From Acidobacteriota bacterium (lineage in GTDB: Bacteria > Acidobacteriota > UBA890 > WLXD01): a stretch of 64,000 nucleotides of DNA. The stretch is from the NCBI GenBank assembly GCA_963666055.2, contig CAXWPH010000015.1:416001-480000 (forward strand), read 5' to 3'. Made by a program: the position numbers and the translations under genes. The notes below the pieces were generated by a model that was given only the letters and a program-made list of their open reading frames with translations, ran no database searches and was not told the DNA's origin. Positions 40,329 to 49,621 of this stretch are shown here, in pieces (the first letter of the stretch is position 1; the number at the start of each line of letters is the position of its first letter).

Positions 40329-41363
40329 ATGGTTGACCACCTACCCGCCCCGTTCACGTCGGACCTCAAGGTCCTGGTATTGGCCGGCTCGAACTCTGTC
40401 TCCGAGCGGCGCCGCCGCCGCCGCGTCGAACAGCTCCGACGCAATGAGCCTGAGGTGCCACTCGAGAACAAAGCCTTCCTACTCTTACGTGATCGGCTGG
40501 TTATCGAGTACCTGCTCGATACGCTCGAGACTTGCGGCCTGCGTCGCGTGTGGATCCTGGCTCCGGAGCACTCGTTGCGCCGTATTCCAACGCGCTACGC
40601 TTTCCGCCCGCTGGTGCAGCGTCCCGGGGCCACGCTGGTCGCCAACTTGTCGGCAGCCTATACGGAGGTCGATCCACAGCCCGACGAGCCTGTTCTGGTG
40701 CTCTTCGGCGATCATCCGTTAACCACAGTGGCCGCCCTTCGAAGCTTCTTGTCGAGCTGTGGCTCGCAGCTCGACAAGGCCGACTTCTTTCACGGCGTCG
40801 CCGTGCAAGAAGCCTACGCCGAGTACATGCCGTTCTTCCGACGCACCTGTCTTCATCTGCGCGAGATGTCCGGCCGGGCCACCGGCTTGAACCTGGCGGT
40901 ACCCTCGCGACTTCATCGGCTGCGCCTCCTCGATGAGATCTACGGCGTGCGCAAGCAAGAAAAGCTTGGCGCCCTGCTCGGCCTCTTGCGCGTCGTTGTC
41001 TCGTGGCTCGGTACACGCGCTCCTGCGGCGCTGATCGACACGCTGATTCTGTCGGTCGCCAAGGAGTTGGAGAAGATCGGACGGCGGGGCGGTATCCGCG
41101 GACGCCTCGGGCGCACCTTCCGCTACGCATTGTCGTTGCTCGTCACACAACGCCGGATCGAGCGACACGGCGCTCGTGCGTTGCGTGCCGAGAACGGCAC
41201 CCGTCTTGTGCCTGTGGCACACGGCGGCGCCGGCATCGATGTCGACTTTCTCGAGGAGTTGCGACTCCTCGAAGACAACTGGGAGCGGCTACAAGATATT
41301 CAAGAGGCCCAAGACGCCCGCCTCGAGCCTCATGGCGATCGTACCTGGAGCTCCTCCCGGTAG
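40329..41363 (+). CDS. NTP-transferase (MobA/GT-A-like) family protein
   Basis: VLVLAG, ENKAFL…IEY.LD.L, GDHPL and GIDVD..E.L. Confidence 0.65.
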   Translation: MVDHLPAPFTSDLKVLVLAGSNSVSERRRRRRVEQLRRNEPEVPLENKAFLLLRDRLVIEYLLDTLETCGLRRVWILAPEHSLRRIPTRYAFRPLVQRPGATLVANLSAAYTEVDPQPDEPVLVLFGDHPLTTVAALRSFLSSCGSQLDKADFFHGVAVQEAYAEYMPFFRRTCLHLREMSGRATGLNLAVPSRLHRLRLLDEIYGVRKQEKLGALLGLLRVVVSWLGTRAPAALIDTLILSVAKELEKIGRRGGIRGRLGRTFRYALSLLVTQRRIERHGARALRAENGTRLVPVAHGGAGIDVDFLEELRLLEDNWERLQDIQEAQDARLEPHGDRTWSSSR

Positions 41364-42445
41364 GCCGTCCGGTAGCCGAGTAGCTGATCCAGCAACATCA
41401 GTTCGAGCGTGTACTCTCCCGGCGCTGCTTCCATGGTAATCGTACGCTGCACGACCTCTTGGCGACGGCCGTCCATCTCCGCCTCCGGAACGGTTATCAC
41501 CACCCGCTCCGACGCCAACGCCAAGGGCTCGTCACCGCTCAGCAACTGCGCATCGAGGACCATGTCGGTGGTGAACGCACCCTCGACGAGATGAAAGACC
41601 AACGAGTCGAGGCGGAAGGTCAGCTCGATTTCGATGTCCACTTTGCCGCCCGCCGCCGCCGACTGCCGCGTCGACCATCCGAACGGGATCTGGGCGTCCG
41701 GAAGCAGGACCGCGGTACGCACGTCGCTAATCGCTGCCTGGTAGTTGACCGGATTTACCAGGGAGCGATCGATAGCCATGTCGATAGCCCGCTGATAATC
41801 CGCCGGGATGCCAAGTAACAAGGAGCGTGCTTCAGCAAGCCGCGCCTGCACCGGAATCCCAGATACGCCGATGGGCTGCGGCGGCATCAGCTTCCAACGA
41901 CCGGCGCGGTACACGAACAGCAGCATCTCGTTGGGCTCCAGGCCCGGGTACCGCTGGTCGTACGACCAGAGAATGGGCGGTCGACTGGAGAACCCGGCGG
42001 GGTAGGAACCTTCGCGGCGGGTACGGTCTGGGGGCCCGAAGTGCATCACCATCTGACCGAAAGCGGTTTCCCAGGCTGGCCCACTGCGTGACTCGAAGTT
42101 CTCCATCGTATAGGTGAGCCGACGCTCGAACTCGTCGAGGTATTCGTTGCGAGGACCTCGCAGCAGCGGATCGCGGCGCTCCCAGAACAGCCTGATGAAC
42201 TGCAGGCGCTCCTGTGTTGTGCCGAGAGCATTGAACATCTCCTGCTCATCGCCCGTCGCGATCAGCGACACCGGACCCTCCAACCAGCGAGCCGTCCAGT
42301 CGGCGATTGACTCTCCATCGGCCGGCCCGGACAGGTTCTGAGCGCCCGCTGGCGACGGCGCGAAAGTAAGCGCTAGTGCCATCGCAGCCAAGCCCACGAG
42401 CCAAGGGGTGATCGATCTGCGGCTAGCCGTGCACCGTCTGTGCAT
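41330..42445 (-). CDS. GWxTD-domain protein (degenerate motif)
   Basis: A signal peptide, then ER..FI..FW.RRDP…NE…EF.RR…AWETAFG…FGPPD. Confidence 0.7.
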   Translation of the reverse strand: MHRRCTASRRSITPWLVGLAAMALALTFAPSPAGAQNLSGPADGESIADWTARWLEGPVSLIATGDEQEMFNALGTTQERLQFIRLFWERRDPLLRGPRNEYLDEFERRLTYTMENFESRSGPAWETAFGQMVMHFGPPDRTRREGSYPAGFSSRPPILWSYDQRYPGLEPNEMLLFVYRAGRWKLMPPQPIGVSGIPVQARLAEARSLLLGIPADYQRAIDMAIDRSLVNPVNYQAAISDVRTAVLLPDAQIPFGWSTRQSAAAGGKVDIEIELTFRLDSLVFHLVEGAFTTDMVLDAQLLSGDEPLALASERVVITVPEAEMDGRRQEVVQRTITMEAAPGEYTLELMLLDQLLGYRTAYREELQVRSP

Positions 42446-44489
42446 CGTTTGCCTCCGTCAGGGGTTGGTCTTGCAGCGCGCGTAGGACGACGATAGTAGC
42501 GTCGTCGGCAAGGGGCTCATCCCCACTGAACCTGTGGACCGCGCGGAAGACGGCCTCAACAATAGTCTTTGCATCCCGGGTGCGGTTCGCAAGTACCAAC
42601 TCGCCGAGTCGTCCGGCGCCGAACATCTCGCCACGGCTCTCGCCCGCCTCGACAACCCCGTCGGAATAAAACACCAGCACATCTCCCGGACTCAGGTCAC
42701 GTTCGATGAACGGGCCCGGAACGCGCGGCAGCATGCCCAGCGGAAGGCCATTCGACTCCAGTTCCTCCACGGTTCCCGAGGCATGGAGAATGTGCAGCGG
42801 GTAGTGGTGCCCGGCGTTCGAATAGCGGTACGAACGGTGGCCCTGATCCAGCTCGAAGAAGACCATCGTCATGAACTGGTTGTCGGCAGACATGTGCAGC
42901 AGGGTCTCGTTGAGACGCTCCATCAGCACGGTGGGTGATTCGTCGGATTGACCATGCGTGTAGATGGCGCTCTTGGCCATCGCCATCAGCATCCCGGCGC
43001 GCATGCCATGCCCGGCAACGTCGCCGACGACGATGCCCAGGTTGCCGTTTCGCAACATCAGGTAGTCGTAGTAATCACCGCCGACCTCGGTTGCCGGATC
43101 GGAACGCGCGGCGATATCGATGCCGTCCACTTGCGGCGGCTCGGTCGGCAGCAGGTTCATCTGAAACTCGCGGGCAATCTCGAGCTCGCGCTGCCGTCGC
43201 TCGGCCTCCACTGTGTCGCGCAGCAACCGTGCGTGATCCATCGCCAGGGCGACCTGATTGGCGAACCCGGCGAGGCTACGCACCTCTGCCCGGTCGAAGG
43301 CATAGGTCTCGAAGCGGCCGGCGATCAGGACGGCGCGCAGGGCGCCCTCGTGCGTAATCACCGGAACGATTACCGAGGCACCCGATTCCGGCTCCCAGAT
43401 CCGCTCCAGCACGCCCGGCGGCGCCTTGCGATGATCAACGATCACCACCGGCCGGCGGTCGGCGAAGCGCTCTACGAGCGGCAGCCATGGGGTGCGGCTG
43501 TTGAATCGATACAAGTGCTTTCCGGAGCCGTCGGCCCGCAACAGGACACACGAGCAGCCAGCGCTGTCGGTATCGGGCTCCACCAAGACCGCCACGTCCG
43601 GCTCCGACACGGCAAGCATCGAATCAAGCACCGCGGAATGCATTTCTTGCGGATTGAACGCCGAGCCGGCGGTCAGGTTGAAGTCATAGATGGCATCGAG
43701 CTCGCGTACCTTGCGCTCGTATGCACGTGCGCCGGGCAGCGCCAGCGTTGCCCTTGCCAGAACCACTACCAGGTAAACGATGCAGAGCAGCGCCGCCAGT
43801 CGCACGAACTCGACCAGCAGGTGCTGATGCTCCAGGGGAACCAGGCGAGCCACCGCCATCGCGCCAGCCAGCGGCATCAACGCTACGATCCAGCCGACGA
43901 ACACCGCCAATCGCTGCCGGGTATCGAGAACCAGGACCCACTCGGTGGGCGCGATGTAGGCGAGCAAGGCCGCCAACAATACGAGCGCCGCTTGCGCCAG
44001 CGACGGGTCGGTGAAGGACATTGGCTCGGCGCTCGGATGAGCCCGCGCCACCGTCGCCACCAACGTGAACGCGACTCCGGCCAGGAGCATGGTGGCCAGA
44101 TAGCGGGCCGCGCGCAGCCGGGTCAGCTGCGCCAAATCGATGGCCACCGATAACGCCACCACCAAAGCGATCGCCGCAACGCCGAGACACACGGCGTCCA
44201 GGAACCGCGCCAGCCCCAGCGGCAGTTCGAGGACCGCCACCAGCAGCAGGTAGAGCAGCGTTAGCACAAGGCCGCACAACGCCACGCCCGCGACGCGCAT
44301 CTTGGCGAGCGGCTCGGGCTGGGCGCGCGCGTCCAAGGTCCAGTACCAGCCGGCCGCAACCGCCAGCAGCAAGGCGCCTACTAGCGCCGTCAGAGCATGC
44401 GAACGCTCGGCTCCCGGCAGACCCGTGACGCCGACGGCGACAAGCACCACCACTAGCGGAATCGTCCAGCGGGAAACCAAAATCCTCAC
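42423..44489 (-). CDS. Membrane GAF + PP2C/SpoIIE protein phosphatase
   Basis: A multi-TM N-terminus and GAF domain, then ELEIARE.Q..LLP, VGGDYYD, GDVAGHG, NAGH, YSDG..E and DD.T. Confidence 0.9.
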   Translation of the reverse strand: MRILVSRWTIPLVVVLVAVGVTGLPGAERSHALTALVGALLLAVAAGWYWTLDARAQPEPLAKMRVAGVALCGLVLTLLYLLLVAVLELPLGLARFLDAVCLGVAAIALVVALSVAIDLAQLTRLRAARYLATMLLAGVAFTLVATVARAHPSAEPMSFTDPSLAQAALVLLAALLAYIAPTEWVLVLDTRQRLAVFVGWIVALMPLAGAMAVARLVPLEHQHLLVEFVRLAALLCIVYLVVVLARATLALPGARAYERKVRELDAIYDFNLTAGSAFNPQEMHSAVLDSMLAVSEPDVAVLVEPDTDSAGCSCVLLRADGSGKHLYRFNSRTPWLPLVERFADRRPVVIVDHRKAPPGVLERIWEPESGASVIVPVITHEGALRAVLIAGRFETYAFDRAEVRSLAGFANQVALAMDHARLLRDTVEAERRQRELEIAREFQMNLLPTEPPQVDGIDIAARSDPATEVGGDYYDYLMLRNGNLGIVVGDVAGHGMRAGMLMAMAKSAIYTHGQSDESPTVLMERLNETLLHMSADNQFMTMVFFELDQGHRSYRYSNAGHHYPLHILHASGTVEELESNGLPLGMLPRVPGPFIERDLSPGDVLVFYSDGVVEAGESRGEMFGAGRLGELVLANRTRDAKTIVEAVFRAVHRFSGDEPLADDATIVVLRALQDQPLTEANDAQTVHG

Positions 44490-44857
44490 GGATGCAAGTG
44501 TAGCAACGCACGCGGGGGCGGGCTCTGGAGCTTCGAGCCGTTTCGGGCAGCTGTTCCCTAGCCCCCACCAACAAGTCTAGCCCGAAGAAGAACCCGAGAG
44601 CGTAGTGGTGTGCAGCCGACGCCGGCCGCTCGGCTACACCGAGCTTGATCGTCTTGATGGCCTATCCGGTGCGGTGGCTGACGGCCACCTCGGGCAGGTC
44701 ACCCTGGCGCGGCCTCGTTTTGCCAAATGAAATGGCTGGGGGACGGATACTCTGAGGCCCAGGGGCCCCGGCCGGCCCGGTACCCCCCCCTCCGCCGCGG
44801 GGTCATGGCGACACGGAAGGAATTGATAACGGATCTTATGGAAAGCGGGTCGGAACT

Positions 44858-45052
44858 CTAGAGCTCAGTTGCTGCCGGCACCCGATCTTTCGCCATCCAC
44901 GTGTCCAAATCCTGGACGTCGAAGCGTAGTCGGCGGTGCTTCTTGATGAATGGAATCCGACGCTCGCCGACCATGGTGTAGAGGGTGTGATGCGAGTAGC
45001 CAATGTATTCCGCTGCCTGCCGGACGGTTAGATACCGGCACTTGGGGCTCAT
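44858..45052 (-). CDS. Excisionase-like HTH (HTH_17) protein
   Basis: GAGGAGG RBS, then YLTVRQAAEYIG.S..TLY..V..RRIPF.K….RFD..DLD.W. Confidence 0.8.
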   Translation of the reverse strand: MSPKCRYLTVRQAAEYIGYSHHTLYTMVGERRIPFIKKHRRLRFDVQDLDTWMAKDRVPAATEL

Positions 45053-45426
45053 GTTCGATTCCTCCTCGCCTGGGGGGATTTCCAGATCATCTCCCGAGGG
45101 TTCGCTTGAAACGGACCTCAATAAGTCAGTTTTCCCTGGAGCCGTTGCGAGAACCCGCCGCCCCTCTTCCACAAGCGAGGTGAAACGCCTCTCGAGCCCT
45201 TGAGCACGTTTGGGGCTGCACGTAAGCACGCCGCTCTGGAGTTGCTGGGCTAGGCCACGGTAGTACCACACCCAAGGTCGCAGCTCGCGCTCCGCACCTG
45301 AGACGAGATCCTGGACGTCCTGGAAGATCTGATCGGCCTCTGTATTCAGGGCCTGTGCTTCGAGGTTTCTTCGTATCGCGATTATGAGCCGCGAAACCAA
45401 TCGGAGCCGGAATCGGGGGTCGACAG

Positions 45427-45807
45427 GTGGCCATCTACATCGAGGTGGCGGAGGCACCGGACTGCGCGATCGCCGACGCGTCGCTCGCCTACGGGATCCT
45501 CGTCGACGCCGACCGTGACCCCGCGACTGGATTCAAGAAGCGGGCGGTGAAGAACCTCGGCATCGACGCTCGGCTGTCGGCGACGTGCGATCCGGTTACC
45601 GAGATGCTGGTGAGCCCGCTCGGGCCGGTGCAGGTCGATCCGACGCTCCGTGACACCACCCTGATCGAGATCTCGACCACCGTCGACATGTTGCCTTCGG
45701 TGAACTTCTATTGGATCGCCTACGCGACCGAGAACGGCGAGATGGTGCGCGCGCCCGACAACAAAGACCACCGCTGGTGGGCCGTCACCGAGATCATCAC
45801 ACCGTGA
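45427..45807 (+). CDS. Hypothetical protein (possibly a C-terminal fragment)
   Basis: Protein-like ORF with GC3-biased codons (YGILVDADRDPATG…RAPD). Confidence 0.5.
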   Translation: MAIYIEVAEAPDCAIADASLAYGILVDADRDPATGFKKRAVKNLGIDARLSATCDPVTEMLVSPLGPVQVDPTLRDTTLIEISTTVDMLPSVNFYWIAYATENGEMVRAPDNKDHRWWAVTEIITP

Positions 45808-45818
45808 GGGCGCTACCG

Positions 45819-46190
45819 ATGAGATCGAGAGCGGCCACGAAGTTCCTATTCGCTCTGCTGCTTCCTGCGCTCGCCCTCGCGCCCGCAACGCCCGTGGGCC
45901 CGAGCGACGCGGTTCAGGTGATGTTCAACGTCAGCGAAGATGGGGTCGACCCCGCGGGTGATTGCGTGGTCACCATCATCGCCGTGGAGTTGCAGGGTAC
46001 GACCGTAGTCGAACGGACCCCGACGAGGACACCTCAGCGGCCTCCAGAAGCAACGCTAGCTGCTGCTCTGGGCAAGGTGGGCGATCTGGGTGGACGGGGT
46101 GAGTTCATGCGCGGGAGCTTACTCCCCGTCGAGGACGCGACACCGAAAGCGCCTCACGCCAACCCCACAAAGCCGCTGATACCGTTTTGA
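45819..46190 (+). CDS. Hypothetical secreted protein, probably truncated
   Basis: Signal peptide (KFLFALLLPALALA); the 3' part runs into the repeat/att-like region. Confidence 0.35.
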   Translation: MRSRAATKFLFALLLPALALAPATPVGPSDAVQVMFNVSEDGVDPAGDCVVTIIAVELQGTTVVERTPTRTPQRPPEATLAAALGKVGDLGGRGEFMRGSLLPVEDATPKAPHANPTKPLIPF

Positions 46191-46381
46191 TACCGATTTA
46201 CCCTCTACAGGGGGTGTTTTCCTGGGGTAGACCCCCCGAAAACAGTCCGGTTTTGTTCGTACGTGTGTAGCAACGGTTTGTTAGGATTATTGGCGCGCGC
46301 GAATACCGCTGCCCCTCGCCGCCCATTCTGGCGGTGCGCCCCTCGCGAACAGACTAACTTGGAAGGTGTTCGAAATACGCG

Positions 46382-47227
46382 ATGATCGAGGTTGAACAGC
46401 TAACGAAATTCTACGGTCGTCACGCTGCGATCCGGAACGTGAGCTTCACGGCCGCCCGCGGCGAGATCCTCGGCTTCCTGGGCCCGAACGGATCCGGCAA
46501 GACCACCACGATGCGAATTCTAACCGGGTACATGCCCGCCACCAGCGGCACGGCGAGGGTGGCCGGGTTCGACGTGTTCGAGGAGTCTAAGGAGGTACGG
46601 AAACGCGTCGGCTACCTTCCGGAGAACCCGCCGCTGTATCCCGAGTTCACGCCTCGCGCCTACCTCGACTTCGTGGCGGCAATCAATGGGGTCGCCAGAG
46701 CAGACCGGCGGGCCGCGGTCGATCGCGCTCTTGAGGCTACGGCGATCTCCGACGTTGCCTCACTGCCGATCAGCACGCTGTCGCGCGGCTACAAGCAGCG
46801 CGTTGCCATCGCCCAGGCCATCGTCCACGAGCCTGAGGTGATCGTGCTCGACGAGCCCACCATCGGACTCGATCCCAAGCAGGTGATCAGCGTCCGTAAG
46901 CTCATCAAGTCGCTGGCCAGCGATCGCACCGTCATCCTGTCGACACACATTCTCCCCGAGGTGACGCAGCTGTGCGACAGGGTGGTGATCATCTCGCGCG
47001 GCCAGATCGTTGCCGACGATACGACCGATTCGTTGACCGCGACCGAGGACCTCGAGCAGGTGTTTCTACGAGTCACTACCAGCGACGTGACCGAGGACGA
47101 GGCGGCGGCCGACGAGCACGTAGAGGCTGCGGCCGACGAAGCCGACCGCGACGTGGCCGAGGACAACGAGTCAACCGACGACGACGACGAAGCGTCGCCG
47201 ACCAACGATAACGGAGGTGGGAAATGA
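46382..47227 (+). CDS. ABC ATP-binding protein (GldA-like)
   Basis: GPNGSGKT, GYLPE.PPLY, LSRGYKQR, LDEPT.GLDP and STHIL. Confidence 0.9.
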   Translation: MIEVEQLTKFYGRHAAIRNVSFTAARGEILGFLGPNGSGKTTTMRILTGYMPATSGTARVAGFDVFEESKEVRKRVGYLPENPPLYPEFTPRAYLDFVAAINGVARADRRAAVDRALEATAISDVASLPISTLSRGYKQRVAIAQAIVHEPEVIVLDEPTIGLDPKQVISVRKLIKSLASDRTVILSTHILPEVTQLCDRVVIISRGQIVADDTTDSLTATEDLEQVFLRVTTSDVTEDEAAADEHVEAAADEADRDVAEDNESTDDDDEASPTNDNGGGK

Positions 47228-47997
47228 GCAACATCTGGGCGCTCGCCTACAAGGAGTTGCGCGCCTACTTCCTATCGCCCATCGGCTACGTCGTACTCGC
47301 CGGCTTCCTGCTGATCACCGGCTTCATGTTCTGGAACATGCTGGCGCAGTTCTCCCGCTTCGTGGCGATCTACTCGTCGATGCAGCGGCCCGACATGATG
47401 CAACAAATGAACCTCAACGACATGGTGATCACGCCCTTGCTCGGCAACGTCACCGTGGTGTTCATCTTGATCATGCCGCTGGTGACCATGCGGCTCTTCG
47501 CCGAGGAGCGCGCCCGCGGCACCGACGAGTTGTTGCTGACCTCGCCGATCAGCACCCTCGAGATCACCTTCGGCAAGTTCCTCGGCGCGGCGTGCTTCCT
47601 GTTCGTGCTGTTGGGACTTTTCTTCATATACCCGTTGGTGCTGATTTACTTCGGCGACCCCGAGCTACCACGGATCTTCACTGGCTACCTCGGCCTGCTG
47701 CTGATCGGTTTGTCGGCGATCGCCCTCGGGCTGTTCACGTCGACGCTGACGGACAGTCAGATAGTGGCCGGAGTTCTCGCCGGCGGCCTGCTGCTGATGC
47801 TACTGCTGATCTCGTGGCCCGCCGACGCCGTTGGCGAACCGTTCGGCGCCGTCCTGCGCTACCTATCGATTACCGAACATTCCAGTGACCTGAACCGCGG
47901 CCTGGTCAAGGCGGAGGACATCATCTACTACCTCAGCCTCATAGCGATTGGCCTTTTTCTTTCGCAGCGCTCGCTCGAGTCGCTGCGCTGGAGATAA
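47224..47997 (+). CDS. ABC permease (GldF-like)
   Basis: KELRAYF.SP..Y, TMRLFAEER..GT.ELLLT.P and GKFLG. Confidence 0.88.
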   Translation: MSNIWALAYKELRAYFLSPIGYVVLAGFLLITGFMFWNMLAQFSRFVAIYSSMQRPDMMQQMNLNDMVITPLLGNVTVVFILIMPLVTMRLFAEERARGTDELLLTSPISTLEITFGKFLGAACFLFVLLGLFFIYPLVLIYFGDPELPRIFTGYLGLLLIGLSAIALGLFTSTLTDSQIVAGVLAGGLLLMLLLISWPADAVGEPFGAVLRYLSITEHSSDLNRGLVKAEDIIYYLSLIAIGLFLSQRSLESLRWR

Positions 47998-48002
47998 AGC
48001 GG

Positions 48003-49616
48003 ATGGGGGACTATCGGACATTCGGCCCACTCGGCGTCATTGTTCTTGTCTTCGGGGTGCTTGCTGGTCTGCTTTCCGGCGACTGGTCGTCGGCATACGT
48101 GCTTGCCCACCTGATTCTCGGCGGCATGATGCTGGCCCTGTACCTGTTTACCCACATCGACTCGCTCAGGGAGTCGGTCAGCGGCCGGCAGGCCAAGCAC
48201 GGCACCAACGCCATCGTGTACACGCTGCTGACGCTGGCGGTCATCGTGGCGGTGAATTACTTCGCCGCCCAGCGGTCGTGGCGTTGGGATGTCACCGAAC
48301 AGGGGATCTTCTCGCTGGCGCCACAGACGACCCAGCTGTTTGACGGGCTCGAGGTCGACGTCATGGCGCGTGGCTTCTACCGCGAAGGTGAGGAGGGAGC
48401 GACGCGCGACCTGCTCGACGGTATCGCCGCGGCGTCATCGCGATTCAGCTATGAGTTCATCGATCCGGACAAGAGTCCCGAGATCGCCCAGACGTACGAG
48501 ATCAGCGAGTATGGAACCTTGCACATCACCGCCGGCGACGAGACCGCCAAGATCACCGAGATCGACGAAGCCGGAATCGTCAATACCCTGATCCGCCTTA
48601 CGTCGGCGAGACGCAAGGTGGTCTACTACGTATCCGGGCACGATGAGCTCGACCCGGACGATTCGACCGCCCCGAGGGGGTTCGGTCTCGCCAAGGCGGC
48701 GCTCGACAACGAAGGCTATGACTTCGAGCCGCTGGTGCTGGCCAGCGTCCCGGACGTGCCCGCCGATGCCGATGTCCTCATTTTGGCCGGCGCCCAGCGG
48801 CCCCTCCTGGAGCGCGAGGTCGACACGCTTGGGCGCTACCTGCGGCGCGGTGGCAAGGCGATCGTGCTGATCGATCCTCAACAAGGCGATGAGCTCCGCC
48901 CGCTACTGGCTGAGCGCGGCGTCACCCTCGGGGACGACGTGATCATCGAGGAGTACGTGCAGCTGTTCGCTGGGGCGACCCTGGGCGTCGAGCCGGTGGT
49001 CGGCAACTATGGCACGCACGAGATCACCAGCGGCTTCCGTGAGCGCACCATCTACCAGCTCGCACGGAGCGTGGCAGCGACGGAGGATACCCCCGAGGGC
49101 ATCGTTGTCGCTGAGCTCGCCCTGACGAGCTCCAGCTCGTGGGCAGAAAACGACCTCGAACGCCTGTTCGGCAGCGGCGAGGTCGAACGCGGTGACGAGC
49201 CGGGCGGCCCGCTCGCCTTGGGGGTAGCAGCAACCGCTACAGAGGCCGCGCTCGACTGGACACCGCCGCTCATCGCCTCGGCTCGAGGCGGCGAGGTAGT
49301 TCCAACGACCAGCAATGGTGACTCCACCGAGGAGGCTCCTTCGGATCTCGAGGGGCGGCTGGTGGTGTTCGGCGACTCCGAGTGGATCAGCAATCGCTAT
49401 ATCAACAATTTCTTCAACCAGGACCTCTTTCTGAATGCGATCAGCTGGTTGGGGGGCGAGGAGCAGTTGATCTCGATCAGGCCGCGGCAAACACGCGCTT
49501 CGCGCGTCATGCTGACCGCCAACGAGAGCCAGGCCGTCTTCTACATCGCCGTGCTGTTGATGCCGGAGCTGATCCTGTTCTGCGGTATGTTGGTCTGGCT
49601 CAAACGGCGCAGGTAG
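48003..49616 (+). CDS. GldG-like ABC auxiliary protein
   Basis: WD.T…FSLAPQT, GH.E, YL.RGG, GRLVV.GDS and N.DLFLNAI.WL. Confidence 0.85.
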   Translation: MGDYRTFGPLGVIVLVFGVLAGLLSGDWSSAYVLAHLILGGMMLALYLFTHIDSLRESVSGRQAKHGTNAIVYTLLTLAVIVAVNYFAAQRSWRWDVTEQGIFSLAPQTTQLFDGLEVDVMARGFYREGEEGATRDLLDGIAAASSRFSYEFIDPDKSPEIAQTYEISEYGTLHITAGDETAKITEIDEAGIVNTLIRLTSARRKVVYYVSGHDELDPDDSTAPRGFGLAKAALDNEGYDFEPLVLASVPDVPADADVLILAGAQRPLLEREVDTLGRYLRRGGKAIVLIDPQQGDELRPLLAERGVTLGDDVIIEEYVQLFAGATLGVEPVVGNYGTHEITSGFRERTIYQLARSVAATEDTPEGIVVAELALTSSSSWAENDLERLFGSGEVERGDEPGGPLALGVAATATEAALDWTPPLIASARGGEVVPTTSNGDSTEEAPSDLEGRLVVFGDSEWISNRYINNFFNQDLFLNAISWLGGEEQLISIRPRQTRASRVMLTANESQAVFYIAVLLMPELILFCGMLVWLKRRR

Positions 49617-49621
49617 GCATC

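Noticed and set aside
44753-44810. Phage packaging (cos/pac)-like GC tract GGTACCCCCCCC
   Set aside because: There are no terminase or structural genes nearby, so the resemblance is too weak.
45053-45457. 199-aa fusion protein upstream of the excisionase
   Set aside because: A strong RBS precedes the ATG at 45052, so the upstream open frame is probably an unrelated remnant.
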